From an uncultured Hyphomicrobiales bacterium (GTDB lineage Bacteria > Bacteroidota > Ignavibacteria > Kapaibacteriales > UBA2268), in contig CAYXMM010000011.1 in NCBI GenBank assembly GCA_964465945.1, positions 16,702 through 80,701 on the forward strand: a stretch of DNA of 64,000 nt, read 5' to 3'. Shown piece after piece: positions 7,891-18,130 of this stretch (its first letter is position 1; each line of letters starts with the position of its first letter). A program made the position numbers and the translations under genes. The notes under the pieces were generated by a model, which was given only the letters and a program-made list of their open reading frames with translations, was not told the origin of the DNA and did no database searches.

Positions 7891-8361
7891 GTGGTAGGTA
7901 TTGGGTATGATATGCATAGATTGGAGAAGGGTGAAACTCTTTTTCTTGGTGGTTTGAAGTTTGAGACTGATTATGGTACGGTTGCTCATAGTGATGGTGA
8001 TGTTTTAATTCATTCGGTGATTGATGCGATTTTAGGTGCGATGGGAAAGGGTGATATAGGGGATTATTTTTCAGACACGGATCCAAAATGGAAAGATGTT
8101 GATTCAACTTTTTTGTTGAAAGAAATTGTTAAAATCGTAAAGGATGAAAGTTTAAGGATAGTTAATATTGATTTGACTATTATAACTGAGAAGCCAAAAA
8201 TTAGTCCGTTTAAATCAAAATTGAAGAGTAATATGGCTATATTGTGTGGAATAGATGAGAATCGGATAAATATTAAGGCGACAACAAATGAGAAACGGGG
8301 GTTTATTGGACGAGAGGAAGGGATTGTTGTTTTGTCAATTTGCCAGATTGAGAAGGTTTAG
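7891..8361 (+). CDS. ispF: 2-C-methyl-D-erythritol 2,4-cyclodiphosphate synthase
   Basis: It uses a GTG start. The segments GIGYDMHRL and HSDGDVLIHSVIDAILGA are conserved metal- and substrate-binding regions of IspF. Confidence 0.85.
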   Translation: MVGIGYDMHRLEKGETLFLGGLKFETDYGTVAHSDGDVLIHSVIDAILGAMGKGDIGDYFSDTDPKWKDVDSTFLLKEIVKIVKDESLRIVNIDLTIITEKPKISPFKSKLKSNMAILCGIDENRINIKATTNEKRGFIGREEGIVVLSICQIEKV

Positions 8362-10337
8362 TCTTCATCTTTGATAAGTGTAGATTTGTTAAAAATTAAT
8401 TTTGCACGAGTTCCAGTTTTTCCATCGCTTTCATAATGTAATTTGCCGTTATGTGCGTGCATAAAATCTTTACAAATGACGACTCCGTAGCCGAAAGAGT
8501 TTTCTTCAACTCTTTCGAAGCTTAGGATTGAGTTATAGCTTGTACTTTCTAATGCATCGATTTGTTCTTTTTTCATTCCTATACCTTCGTCTTCAATTAC
8601 GATTATATAGTTGCTTTCAGTAAGGTATGAATATAATGTAATTTTTTTATGTGAATCTGAATATTTAGAAGCATTAGAAATTAAGTTTCTGAGTATTGTG
8701 CTCATAAGATTAGAATCAGCAGAAATTATATGATTTCTATTGATATTATTGATTAATATTTGGTTTTTGTTGTCTAATTGTAAGTGTAGGTATTCGTAAA
8801 TATTTTGGACTAAATTGAATATTCTAAATTCTGTAGGATTAAATTGATAAAGGTTGTGTTGGCTGATTTTCATCCAGTTTAGAATATCTTTTAATAAGTC
8901 ATAGGTGTTAATTGAAGCTCGGCTTAATTCTAAAATGATTTCATATTTTTCTGATTCGTCCATTGTGTAGAATTCATTTTTCAATAGGTCTAGTAATTGA
9001 GAAGAGGAATTGATAGGGTTAATTAGATCGTGAGAGAGTAAAGAAATTAGTTTGTTTTTATTATTTACTTCAATTTCTAATTCTTTTAGTGTGTTAATTT
9101 TGTCTTTTATTAATATTTGTTGATTTTTAACGGCATCTTTTAATTTTACGTTATAGTATATATAGAAGACAATGAATGCGGTTATCAGGATTGTAAGGGT
9201 GATTAGTATTGTGTTTAAAAATTGATAGTCTTGATTTTTTTTCTGTGATGCCTCTAATTTGCTTGAGGTCTTGTATAAACGAGTTATCATATTGATTTTT
9301 TCGATTTGAATTTTGTTTACTGAGTCTATGTGGTATTTGTAATTTTCAAATTCTTTTAGTTTAAGAGTGTCATTGGTGATTTTATATAAGTTTTCTAAAA
9401 ATTCTATGTTTCGAGTAATTATGGAATATGTTTTTGTTCTTTCTAACGAGTCTTTCATTGCTTCAAGGTAATAATATGCGGAGTCATATTGTTGGTGTTC
9501 CATAAACATTCTGCCTAAGTTATTTAAGGCAGAATAGTAATTTACTCTGTTGTTATCGTTTATTCTTGATTTTACAACAAGCCGTGAGTAATATATTGCA
9601 CTGTCTAAATCATTTTTTAAATAATAATAGTAAGCGAGAATGTTATAATAGATTGATTCATAATTGTAATTATTAAAATATTCTTTTACATGATATGTTT
9701 GAATTTTTATATCTATTGAATCCATTTGTAATAATGTAAAGTAAATATTAATGTATTTTTGAAATGAGTTTGCATATAATAGGGTTATGTTTAGTTGTTT
9801 AGATAATTCAATTGCTTTTAAGCTTACTATTTTAGCAGAGTCCATATCATTTTTCATTCTTAAAAAATCTGATAGACCATTTAGTGCTGTTACGTATTCT
9901 TCACTTGGCATTGATAGTCCTTTTAAATTTAGAACATATCTAAAATATTGCTCTGATAGGTCATACATTTGGTAATCTGCGTATACTGAGGCAATGTCGT
10001 TCAAGTAAATTGCTTTTGTGTTAGCTGAATATGTTCTTATTTTAAAAAGAAGATTGTTTAGAGTTCTTTTAGATAATTGAATTTCACCATAGTTAAGGGC
10101 GTATCGCCATTTATAAAATAGGTAATCTAGTCTGAGGATTGAATTTGTGTCGTTTTTAGAAAGTTGTTCTATTTCTTTTAGATAATTATAACTTGCGTCT
10201 TTATCGGAATATAGGTTTTGCATAAATGAAGAAGCAAATCTATCAAAACTCTCTCTTTTCCCTTCTCTTACTTTATTTTGAGAGAAAGAAAAGTGAATGA
10301 AAATAAAAAATATAATTATTTGTAAAATATATTTCAT
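8358..10337 (-). CDS. Sensor histidine kinase with a periplasmic TPR-like domain
   Basis: It has a signal peptide, one transmembrane segment, the H-box LSHDLINPIN and a C-terminal HATPase_c region reading GIGM...GYGVVICKDF. Confidence 0.75.
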   Translation of the reverse strand: MKYILQIIIFFIFIHFSFSQNKVREGKRESFDRFASSFMQNLYSDKDASYNYLKEIEQLSKNDTNSILRLDYLFYKWRYALNYGEIQLSKRTLNNLLFKIRTYSANTKAIYLNDIASVYADYQMYDLSEQYFRYVLNLKGLSMPSEEYVTALNGLSDFLRMKNDMDSAKIVSLKAIELSKQLNITLLYANSFQKYINIYFTLLQMDSIDIKIQTYHVKEYFNNYNYESIYYNILAYYYYLKNDLDSAIYYSRLVVKSRINDNNRVNYYSALNNLGRMFMEHQQYDSAYYYLEAMKDSLERTKTYSIITRNIEFLENLYKITNDTLKLKEFENYKYHIDSVNKIQIEKINMITRLYKTSSKLEASQKKNQDYQFLNTILITLTILITAFIVFYIYYNVKLKDAVKNQQILIKDKINTLKELEIEVNNKNKLISLLSHDLINPINSSSQLLDLLKNEFYTMDESEKYEIILELSRASINTYDLLKDILNWMKISQHNLYQFNPTEFRIFNLVQNIYEYLHLQLDNKNQILINNINRNHIISADSNLMSTILRNLISNASKYSDSHKKITLYSYLTESNYIIVIEDEGIGMKKEQIDALESTSYNSILSFERVEENSFGYGVVICKDFMHAHNGKLHYESDGKTGTRAKLIFNKSTLIKDED

Positions 10338-10393
10338 TAGTTTTGATTTTAAGTTATTGCAAATTTAACATTTTTGATAAAATATAAAACAAA

Positions 10394-11437
10394 ATGAGTT
10401 TATTACAATCAGATAAATCTAATTTATATAAAGTTTTAAAAGATTTTCCAAAGCAAATTGAGGAAGCATGTAGGATTGGTGAAACTTTGTCGGGAAAAAT
10501 TAAAATTGTTCCAAATAAAGTTTTAATATTAGGAATGGGTGGAAGTGCTATTGGCGGTGATTTATTACGTAATTATTTTGCAAATTTAGATGGGGCTAAT
10601 CATATTCAAATTGTTGTAAACCGGGATTATGATGTGCCGAATTATATTGATAGTTCTTGGTTAATTATAGCGAGTTCGTATTCAGGTAATACGGAAGAGA
10701 CGCTTAGTGCTTTGAAAAATGCGGAATTAAAAAGTAAAAATATAATTGGAATAACTACTGGCGGGAAATTAGAAAATTATTTGAATACATTTAATTATCC
10801 TGTGATTAAGGTTCCAGGTGGATTGCAACCACGTGCGGCTATTGCTTATTCGTTTTTTCCATTATTATACTTATTTATGTTAAATGGAGCAGTAAAAGAG
10901 AATGGAATAACAGAAATTGCAACTTCAATTAATAAAACATTGGAACTAGTAAATAAAAAGGTTGAGGTTTTCTCATTAGAGTCAGAGGAAAATGAGACTT
11001 ATATAATAGCGAGAAATATGTTTGAGTATTTACCTGTTGTTTATTCATCTGCAAAATATGAAGTTGCAAATCTAAGATGGCGAGGTCAATTCCAAGAGAA
11101 TTCAAATATACCAGCTTTTGGAAGTGTTTTACCTGAAATGAATCATAATGAAATTAATAGTTTAGATCATTCTAAGCTGAAAGAGTGTTATTTCTTTATT
11201 CTGAAAGATACTTATGAACAGGAAAGAATTGAAAAGAGATTTAGTTTTTTGAAGGATTTACTTAAAAGAAATAAGCATAAGTATGCAGTTGTTGAGTTAA
11301 ATGATAAGCATTTGTTAGTGAATTACTTTGAGTTTATTCAGCTTGCGGATTGGATTAGTTTTTGGGCTGGACTTATGCGAGGAGCGGACCCAAGTGAAAT
11401 TAAGAATATAATGGATTTGAAAGAGTATATGTCATAA
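10394..11437 (+). CDS. Bifunctional phosphoglucose/phosphomannose isomerase (SIS domain)
   Basis: The motif LGMGGSAIGGDLL and the overall length fit the archaeal-type PGI/PMI family. Confidence 0.7.
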   Translation: MSLLQSDKSNLYKVLKDFPKQIEEACRIGETLSGKIKIVPNKVLILGMGGSAIGGDLLRNYFANLDGANHIQIVVNRDYDVPNYIDSSWLIIASSYSGNTEETLSALKNAELKSKNIIGITTGGKLENYLNTFNYPVIKVPGGLQPRAAIAYSFFPLLYLFMLNGAVKENGITEIATSINKTLELVNKKVEVFSLESEENETYIIARNMFEYLPVVYSSAKYEVANLRWRGQFQENSNIPAFGSVLPEMNHNEINSLDHSKLKECYFFILKDTYEQERIEKRFSFLKDLLKRNKHKYAVVELNDKHLLVNYFEFIQLADWISFWAGLMRGADPSEIKNIMDLKEYMS

Positions 11438-11446
11438 TTCTTGCGA

Positions 11447-12223
11447 TTAAACTAAGTAGCCAAAAATAGCATCTAAAATAAGAATAGCAGCAGCAGAGAG
11501 TGTAAAGGCGCGAACAGTGCTTTTTCCAACTCCTTCTGCTCCACCTTTTGTGGAGAAGCCGACGTAAACACCAATTAGTGCAGTTCCACCACCAAAGACT
11601 AAAGATTTAAAGAGACCAATAAATACGTCAATGACAGAAAAATAAGCAATTATTGAATCGAAGAACACATCGCTTGAAAAGCCATATTTAATCATAGTGA
11701 GCATATAGCCACCAAGTAAGGCAACTATGTTTGAGAATATAGCGAGAATAGGCATCATAATAACTGCGGCAAGGACGCGAGGCATTGCTAAATATCTAAT
11801 TTTATCGATAGCCATCATTTCGAGTGCATCGATTTGCTCGGTAACTTGCATTGTTCCAATTTGGGCGGCAATAGCACCTCCTACCCTACCAGCTATTACA
11901 AGTGCAAGTAAGACAGGAGTTAATTCGGTAAATACGACTGTGGCGATTGAAGAGCCGATGAATGGGGTTGCAATACCAATGAGGTTAAATTTATCAAATA
12001 AATTTGTTGCTTGTAGGGCTGCAATTGCGCCAGTAAATGAGCCGATTAAAATAACAAGAGGGAGAGAATCCGAGCCAACAACAGCCATTTGTTCTATTAC
12101 TAATTTTTTATCTTTAAAAATTCTATTTGCATATTTTATGACTTTAAATAAAAGAACCATTAATGCTCCAAAGTGAGCAAAGAACTTTATGACTTTCTTA
12201 CCGATGACTCTAAAAAACTTCAA
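11447..12223 (-). CDS. mlaE: MlaE-family ABC transporter permease
   Basis: The protein is 258 aa with 5-6 TM segments. The TEQIDALEMMAIDKIRYLAMPRVLAA region is conserved in MlaE. Confidence 0.8.
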   Translation of the reverse strand: MKFFRVIGKKVIKFFAHFGALMVLLFKVIKYANRIFKDKKLVIEQMAVVGSDSLPLVILIGSFTGAIAALQATNLFDKFNLIGIATPFIGSSIATVVFTELTPVLLALVIAGRVGGAIAAQIGTMQVTEQIDALEMMAIDKIRYLAMPRVLAAVIMMPILAIFSNIVALLGGYMLTMIKYGFSSDVFFDSIIAYFSVIDVFIGLFKSLVFGGGTALIGVYVGFSTKGGAEGVGKSTVRAFTLSAAAILILDAIFGYLV

Positions 12224-12246
12224 ATTATTGTTTTCCTCTGTTTATT

Positions 12247-13773
12247 TTATTTATTTTTTCTTTGTAAGGAGGATAATCGCATAAGAATCAAATCTTGAAT
12301 GTTGCGAATAGTACTTGACGGCGCAGTGAAGTTATTAAAGAATATTGCGAAGCAAAAAAGTTCTCCATCGCTTGAAACTAAATAACCAGCAACATTGTTA
12401 ACGTAGTTCATTGAGCCAGTTTTTACCCAAACTCTATCTTCGGCAGATGTTCCTTTTAGTCTATTCTTAAATGTTCCATTTAATTTTGGTCTTGAAAATG
12501 AGTTTCTAAAAGAGTTAAAGTCTCTTTGTGAAGAGATGTAATTCAAGAGACGAATAATAGAAATAGGCGAAACTAAGTTTAGTCTTGATAATCCGCTTCC
12601 GTCGAACATTTTTAAGCCAGTGGATGGGATACCGATTTCTTCTGCTAATTTCTGAACTTGTTGAATTCCTTTTTCGGTTGAGCCAACGCCAGCTTTTTCA
12701 GTTCCTAATATTTTTAGTAAAATTTCTGCACTAAGATTATTGCTATTTGTGTTAATGTCTCTAACAATACTTAATACGTTGTCTCCGGTGGCTCTTGACA
12801 TTAAATTAAATGGGGCGTAATCGAGGTCATTGTCATCGTCAGTGTGTTCGATTATGTTTCCGTTGAATGAAATATTATTTTCATTTAGATATTTGAATAG
12901 GATATTTGCAAAGTATAAAGATGGGTTGTCAACGCTAATTTCTAATCTATAAGGTTTTTTTGTATAATCGTTTTTCTTTAAATCGCCCCAAATTTCAATT
13001 ATATTTGAAGAAATTAATCTATCGTAATAGATATTGCTATTTCCATTGTTGATTACTTGGACTTCGTTTTCTATTGTAAAATAGTCAGTATTTGGATTAA
13101 AAACTAATCTGGCATTTCCATCAATTGTTGTATCAGAATATAATTCGATATCCATTAAATTTTCGTTAAAATTAACTGCTGAAATTTGAGCGGAATATTC
13201 ATATTTAATATCATCAATAGCCCAGCCAGCAGGATAATATATATTGTCGAAGTAGCTATTGTCTATTACTAAATTACCTTTTATGGATTGGATGCCTACG
13301 GAATCTAATGAAGCAACTAAGTCAGAAAAAATTAGTTCGTAATTTGAATTTTTAATATTTAAGTTCCCGTTACTAAATACTATCAAATCTCCTAATAGGA
13401 CTCCTTTTTTGGTGATTATTCCGTTTGTGTAGAATTCCGTGTAGGTGCTAAAGTTTCCACCCAAGTAATGCAAACCTGCATAGCTTGAGAAAAGTTTCAT
13501 TAGCGATGCGGGTGTAAAATTTTTATTTTGATTATAATTATATAGATATTGATTTCTTGTAATTGAATAAATGCTAACTCCAATGTTTGCATTGAAAAGT
13601 TCGGGGGAACTTATTAGATTATCAATATCTTTAATTAGGTCTTTGGTTGCGTCATAGTTTGAGTAAGATAATGAGTCATTATTGTGAGATTTTGACTTCT
13701 CAATATTCTGAGTAAAAGCAATAGAATAATTAATGGCTATAATAAGAGTTATGACTCGAAATTTCATTTTCAA
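12247..13773 (-). CDS. dacB: D-alanyl-D-alanine carboxypeptidase/endopeptidase (PBP4, S13 family)
   Basis: It has a signal peptide and the SxxK motif PASLMKLF. Confidence 0.75.
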   Translation of the reverse strand: MKMKFRVITLIIAINYSIAFTQNIEKSKSHNNDSLSYSNYDATKDLIKDIDNLISSPELFNANIGVSIYSITRNQYLYNYNQNKNFTPASLMKLFSSYAGLHYLGGNFSTYTEFYTNGIITKKGVLLGDLIVFSNGNLNIKNSNYELIFSDLVASLDSVGIQSIKGNLVIDNSYFDNIYYPAGWAIDDIKYEYSAQISAVNFNENLMDIELYSDTTIDGNARLVFNPNTDYFTIENEVQVINNGNSNIYYDRLISSNIIEIWGDLKKNDYTKKPYRLEISVDNPSLYFANILFKYLNENNISFNGNIIEHTDDDNDLDYAPFNLMSRATGDNVLSIVRDINTNSNNLSAEILLKILGTEKAGVGSTEKGIQQVQKLAEEIGIPSTGLKMFDGSGLSRLNLVSPISIIRLLNYISSQRDFNSFRNSFSRPKLNGTFKNRLKGTSAEDRVWVKTGSMNYVNNVAGYLVSSDGELFCFAIFFNNFTAPSSTIRNIQDLILMRLSSLQRKNK

Positions 13774-13820
13774 TAATTATTTAGTAAATTCGTAAAATTA
13801 TAAATTATATTTACAAAATT

Positions 13821-14345
13821 ATGTTAAAGGTTTCAAATATGAAAAGATTATTACTAATAATTTGTATATTTTCTTTTTTATTTATTTCTTGCGAGGAATC
13901 AAAGTTAAAAGAAGAGGCGTACAAAATAGAAAGAAGTGAGTTAGATAATTCACTTGGGTTTGATTGGTTCAGACAAAATTATAATGATTATACTCCAAAT
14001 GCAAACTCTATAAGTGTTATTTCATCGGAGTATAACAGCGATTATAAGTTTGTGATTTTTGTTAAGCCGACTTGTTCTTGTCAGGGTACTCAGTTTGATT
14101 TTCCTCATTTGGTGAAGACTTTTGATAATTCTAATGTTCCTACTTCGAGTTATGAGATTTGGTCATGTGCGAAAGAAAGTTATGAACATCCATATATGGC
14201 TCAATTAAAAATAATGGATTTACCAGCGTGTTTTATATTCAAAAATGGTGTTCCAGTTTATTCGGTATTGGATACTTTTAATTTAAGAAATCTAAGTGAC
14301 ACAGTGATGGTTGAAGATATTATTATGGAAGCGATTAGTAAGTAA
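13821..14345 (+). CDS. Hypothetical lipoprotein
   Basis: The lipobox LFISC follows a signal peptide. No other motif was recognised. Confidence 0.5.
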   Translation: MLKVSNMKRLLLIICIFSFLFISCEESKLKEEAYKIERSELDNSLGFDWFRQNYNDYTPNANSISVISSEYNSDYKFVIFVKPTCSCQGTQFDFPHLVKTFDNSNVPTSSYEIWSCAKESYEHPYMAQLKIMDLPACFIFKNGVPVYSVLDTFNLRNLSDTVMVEDIIMEAISK

Positions 14346-14749
14346 TGGCTTATTGGATTGTGAAATCGGACCCAGAGAGTTATTCTTGGGAGCAGATGAA
14401 GTTTGATAGGCAGACTTTTTGGAATGGTGTCAGGAATTATCAGGCAAGGAATAATTTGAAGTTAATGAGAGAGGGTGATATTGCTTTATTTTATTTATCG
14501 AATTCTGATAAAGCGATAGTTGGTGAACTCGAAATTGTGAAAGAGTATTATCCTGACCCGACGACGGTAGATGATAGGTGGGTTTGCGTTGATGTTAAGT
14601 ATAGGCGAGATTATAAGAGACCTTTAACATTACAAGAGATGAAAAGTAAAAAGGGGTTCGCTAATATAGGGTTAATTAAGCAGAGTAGATTGTCTGTTAT
14701 GCCAATAACTACGAACGAATATAAACTAATTTTAAGCTTTGTTGAATAG
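14345..14749 (+). CDS. EVE-domain (PUA-like) protein
   Basis: The segment YWIVKSDPESYSWEQM...WNGVRNYQARNNLKLMREGDIALFY is a canonical EVE-domain N terminus. Confidence 0.75.
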   Translation: MAYWIVKSDPESYSWEQMKFDRQTFWNGVRNYQARNNLKLMREGDIALFYLSNSDKAIVGELEIVKEYYPDPTTVDDRWVCVDVKYRRDYKRPLTLQEMKSKKGFANIGLIKQSRLSVMPITTNEYKLILSFVE

Positions 14750-14916
14750 GTTGAAAAGCTTTTTGAGGAATATTATTCAGTATTTTGAGAGAAATTATAA
14801 GTTGTTATATTTTCTCTCTTTTGTTTTTTGGTGGTAATTTTGGACTGCATATCCGTTTACACTTATTTACTTGTCGATTTCATTTAATAAGCATTTAATT
14901 AATAGAGCATACAACA

Positions 14917-15924
14917 TTGCATAGTCCAAAGAAAATATTAGTTATTCAAACGGCATTTATTGGCGATTTAATTATGAGTACGGGGATTTTTCCGGCACTC
15001 AAGGAATTGTTTCCAGATAGTCAAATTGATGTGATTGCAATTCCTGCTTCGGCAATTATTTTAAAATATAATCCATATCTAAATCAAGTTTATTCTTTTG
15101 ATAAGAAGACTACTTTTTTGAATAAAATAAAGTCTTTTTTTAGTTTAGTTTTCAAACTACGTAAGAATAAGTATGATATTGGGATTTCGATTCAGCATTA
15201 TTTAACGAGTTCGTTTTTGATGTTGCTTTCTAATATTAGACTTAAAGTAGGCAGACAAAGTATGAAGTTTGTGGATATTAATGTAATAATTCCTTCTGGG
15301 CTTCATAATAAGGATAAGACGCTTGCTTTGCTTAAAGCGTTTTCGGAAAAAGATTTTACAAATAATTCTGAAATTTTTATTCCAGAAGATATTATTGAAA
15401 AAATAAAACAGAAACTTCTTCATAATTCAAAGAAAAATATTTGTATAGCACCTGGTTCGGTTTGGGAGACTAAGAAACTGCCGGCAAAGAAGTATATTGA
15501 GATAATTAATAAATTAACTGATTTCAATATTTATCTTATTGGGGCAAAAAATGAGTTTGAACTTTGCGACGGCATTCAAAAACAAGTAACTAATCAGAAT
15601 GTAATAAATTTTGCAGGTGAGTTGAATTTACTTGAATCATCTGCTCTAATTAAGATTTCGGATTTGTTACTTTGTAATGATAGTGCGCCTTTGCATATTG
15701 CAAATGCAGTTGAAACGCCAGTTTTTGCGTTTTTTGGTCCGACGGTTAGAAAGTTTGGTTGCTATCCTTATCGAGAGAATGACCAAATGATTGAAATTGA
15801 TTTAGATTGCCGACCTTGTAGTAAGCACGGGACAAATGTCTGTCCTTTAGGACATCATAATTGTATGAATTTAATTAATATAAATGATGTATTTATGAAA
15901 ATAATAAAGTTATTAGGTAACTAA
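14917..15924 (+). CDS. Glycosyltransferase family 9 (ADP-heptose:LPS heptosyltransferase-like)
   Basis: It has a TTG start. The N terminus ILVIQTAFIGDLIMSTGIFPAL matches the GT9 N terminus. Confidence 0.7.
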   Translation: MHSPKKILVIQTAFIGDLIMSTGIFPALKELFPDSQIDVIAIPASAIILKYNPYLNQVYSFDKKTTFLNKIKSFFSLVFKLRKNKYDIGISIQHYLTSSFLMLLSNIRLKVGRQSMKFVDINVIIPSGLHNKDKTLALLKAFSEKDFTNNSEIFIPEDIIEKIKQKLLHNSKKNICIAPGSVWETKKLPAKKYIEIINKLTDFNIYLIGAKNEFELCDGIQKQVTNQNVINFAGELNLLESSALIKISDLLLCNDSAPLHIANAVETPVFAFFGPTVRKFGCYPYRENDQMIEIDLDCRPCSKHGTNVCPLGHHNCMNLININDVFMKIIKLLGN

Positions 15925-15926
15925 AA

Positions 15927-16961
15927 ATGGTATTTTCTGAATATATATTGAAGATTCCATATTCTGTTATTTGGTATATGAGGAGATTGTTTAGAAGTAA
16001 AAGAGAAGTTATTTTTTATTGTGATAATATTTTAGATTATTTATACTTTAAAAATGATTTAAAATATTTGCCTGAGGTTAAAGTTGTTGCTAAAAATAAG
16101 AAGGTTCAGTTTGAGTTAAATAGGTATAATGTAATATCTACTTTATATCCTGCATTTCCTGATGTTTTAATTACTGCTCGCCACCCATTGCATAAGTTTC
16201 CAGTGAAATTGATTTATAAAATTGGAGTAAGGCACGGCGTATATCATTTTAAAAATTTCATTGCAACTGAGAAGTTTAATAGATTCGATGCGTATTTTAT
16301 GTCTTCTAAGTATGAAGTTGAAGAAGCGAAGCATCTGGGAATTAGGAATGTTTATTCTTGCTCTACACCCAAGAGTGATGATTTTTTTGATGATGAAAAG
16401 ATTAATGACTTTAAGGAGTTTAGAAAGCAATTTGATGATAGGGAAATTATATTATTTAGTGCAACATGGGATAAATCTGGGTTAGGTGCTGTAGAGAAAT
16501 GGTATGATAAGTTAGATTTACTTTCGGGTAAGTTTAATATTATAGTTACTCTGCATCCGTGGATAAGTCAGGAATATAAGGAGAAAGTCAAATCAAATAA
16601 GAATATACATTTTATTGAAGATAATGACTTAAATAAATATTTATATATTAGCGATTACTTGGTGAGCGATACGAGTTCGATAATTGGTGAATTTGCTTGT
16701 TTGCAAAAGCCAATCATTACATTCAAAATTCCAGTTCAAGGCAGATTAATTCAGAATGTTGTAGATATGCTTGAAGAGATGAGTTACAGGGTTGATGATT
16801 TTGAAGAGATTGAAGGTGTTATAGGATTAATTCAAGCGAATGGTGATGTTAAAGCACCAATTTATGAGAAATATCTAAATATTTTATATGATTTACCTTT
16901 TGGTAACAATGGAAAAAAGCGAGCAGAAATGATTCGAAAGTTAATTGAAGAGAATACTTAA
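15927..16961 (+). CDS. CDP-glycerol glycerophosphotransferase family protein (TagB/TagF-like)
   Basis: The motifs IILFSATWDK, IVTLHPW and SDTSSIIGEFACLQKPII resemble those of TagF. Confidence 0.55.
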   Translation: MVFSEYILKIPYSVIWYMRRLFRSKREVIFYCDNILDYLYFKNDLKYLPEVKVVAKNKKVQFELNRYNVISTLYPAFPDVLITARHPLHKFPVKLIYKIGVRHGVYHFKNFIATEKFNRFDAYFMSSKYEVEEAKHLGIRNVYSCSTPKSDDFFDDEKINDFKEFRKQFDDREIILFSATWDKSGLGAVEKWYDKLDLLSGKFNIIVTLHPWISQEYKEKVKSNKNIHFIEDNDLNKYLYISDYLVSDTSSIIGEFACLQKPIITFKIPVQGRLIQNVVDMLEEMSYRVDDFEEIEGVIGLIQANGDVKAPIYEKYLNILYDLPFGNNGKKRAEMIRKLIEENT

Positions 16962-18103
16962 TTTCGTTTGTTGATACTTTCTAATCTTTGTTTCGCTCGT
17001 GCGTGAGTGTCGTCATAATCGTCATCTTTTAGGCATTGTTTATAAACTTCTTTTGCTTTTTTATAATCTTTTAGCATTTCATAGCTGTAACCGAGTTTAT
17101 ATTGTGCTGATAGATAAAAACCTTTGTCTTCTTCGTCGATAAAGTCTGCAACTTCCATAGTTTTTTTGAAGTATTTTATTGCATCTTCTTGTTTGCCTTT
17201 GCGTTGTAGAGCGATGCCTACATAGTATAAACCCTCGAGAGCAGTTTTGTTGTTATAACCTTCCATACGAGCAATAGAGCGTTTGATTATTTCTCTCCAT
17301 TCTGTTTCGAGTTCGTCCCATTTTCCAAATTTATTCATACATCGAGCATAGTATCTATGGAAATATGGGTTGTTTGGGTACTTTGTGTGTAGTTTTTCAA
17401 TCCATAGAAAGGCATTATTGTAGTCTTTCTCGAAAGTGTAATATGCTTGCATTAAAACGACCATTGCTTCGACATTAGAGTATCTTGCTTCGTAGGCGGC
17501 TGCTTTTAGTTGGTATAGTCCGAGTTGCTTATCGGCAGGTGGCAGGAATGTCATTAGTGGTTTAGCTAGAGGGAATTGCTCTGGAAAAACTGCTGCGAAG
17601 TAGTTATATATTCCTGTTCCAAGCATAATGTCATGGTTGCCTGGGGCTGTTTTATGGCATTCATTCATTATGTCATAAGCGGTTTTACCATCAGACGCTG
17701 CATCGAACCAGTCTTCTTTTTCGCCATAATATCTTGCTCTGTAACCTAAAGCACCACCCTTGAAGAATAGTGCTGTTATGTCTTTAGGTTTATCTTCGAG
17801 AATGTCATCGCATTTATCGATTACTCTTTCAATTTTTTTTAAAAATTCACCTTCAAAAGCTGCGTCGTTTCTATGAATTGTGATTTTCCACCATGAGACC
17901 ATAGCATCAAGGAAATAACCAGCTGGATGCTTTGGATATAGTGTTATTAATTTTTCAAATTCATTATGGGCTGAATCGAATTGGACGTTGTAAATGTAAT
18001 TACTTCCATTTATAACAAGAGAATCAGCTTCTTCGCTCAGAATTGAAATTTGAGCATAGTTTGATGTTGTAAATAATATTAATAGAAATATTAGTGTTTT
18101 CAT
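16958..18103 (-). CDS. Secreted tetratricopeptide-repeat protein
   Basis: It has a signal peptide and TPR-like helical repeats. Confidence 0.55.
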   Translation of the reverse strand: MKTLIFLLILFTTSNYAQISILSEEADSLVINGSNYIYNVQFDSAHNEFEKLITLYPKHPAGYFLDAMVSWWKITIHRNDAAFEGEFLKKIERVIDKCDDILEDKPKDITALFFKGGALGYRARYYGEKEDWFDAASDGKTAYDIMNECHKTAPGNHDIMLGTGIYNYFAAVFPEQFPLAKPLMTFLPPADKQLGLYQLKAAAYEARYSNVEAMVVLMQAYYTFEKDYNNAFLWIEKLHTKYPNNPYFHRYYARCMNKFGKWDELETEWREIIKRSIARMEGYNNKTALEGLYYVGIALQRKGKQEDAIKYFKKTMEVADFIDEEDKGFYLSAQYKLGYSYEMLKDYKKAKEVYKQCLKDDDYDDTHARAKQRLESINKRN

Positions 18104-18130
18104 AGTAATTGTAATGACGTAAAATTATTG

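Noticed and set aside
11727-12176. A 149-aa ORF on the strand opposite mlaE
   Set aside because: It lies fully inside the mlaE coding region on the opposite strand, and its Ala/Ile-rich composition is a mirror-frame artefact.
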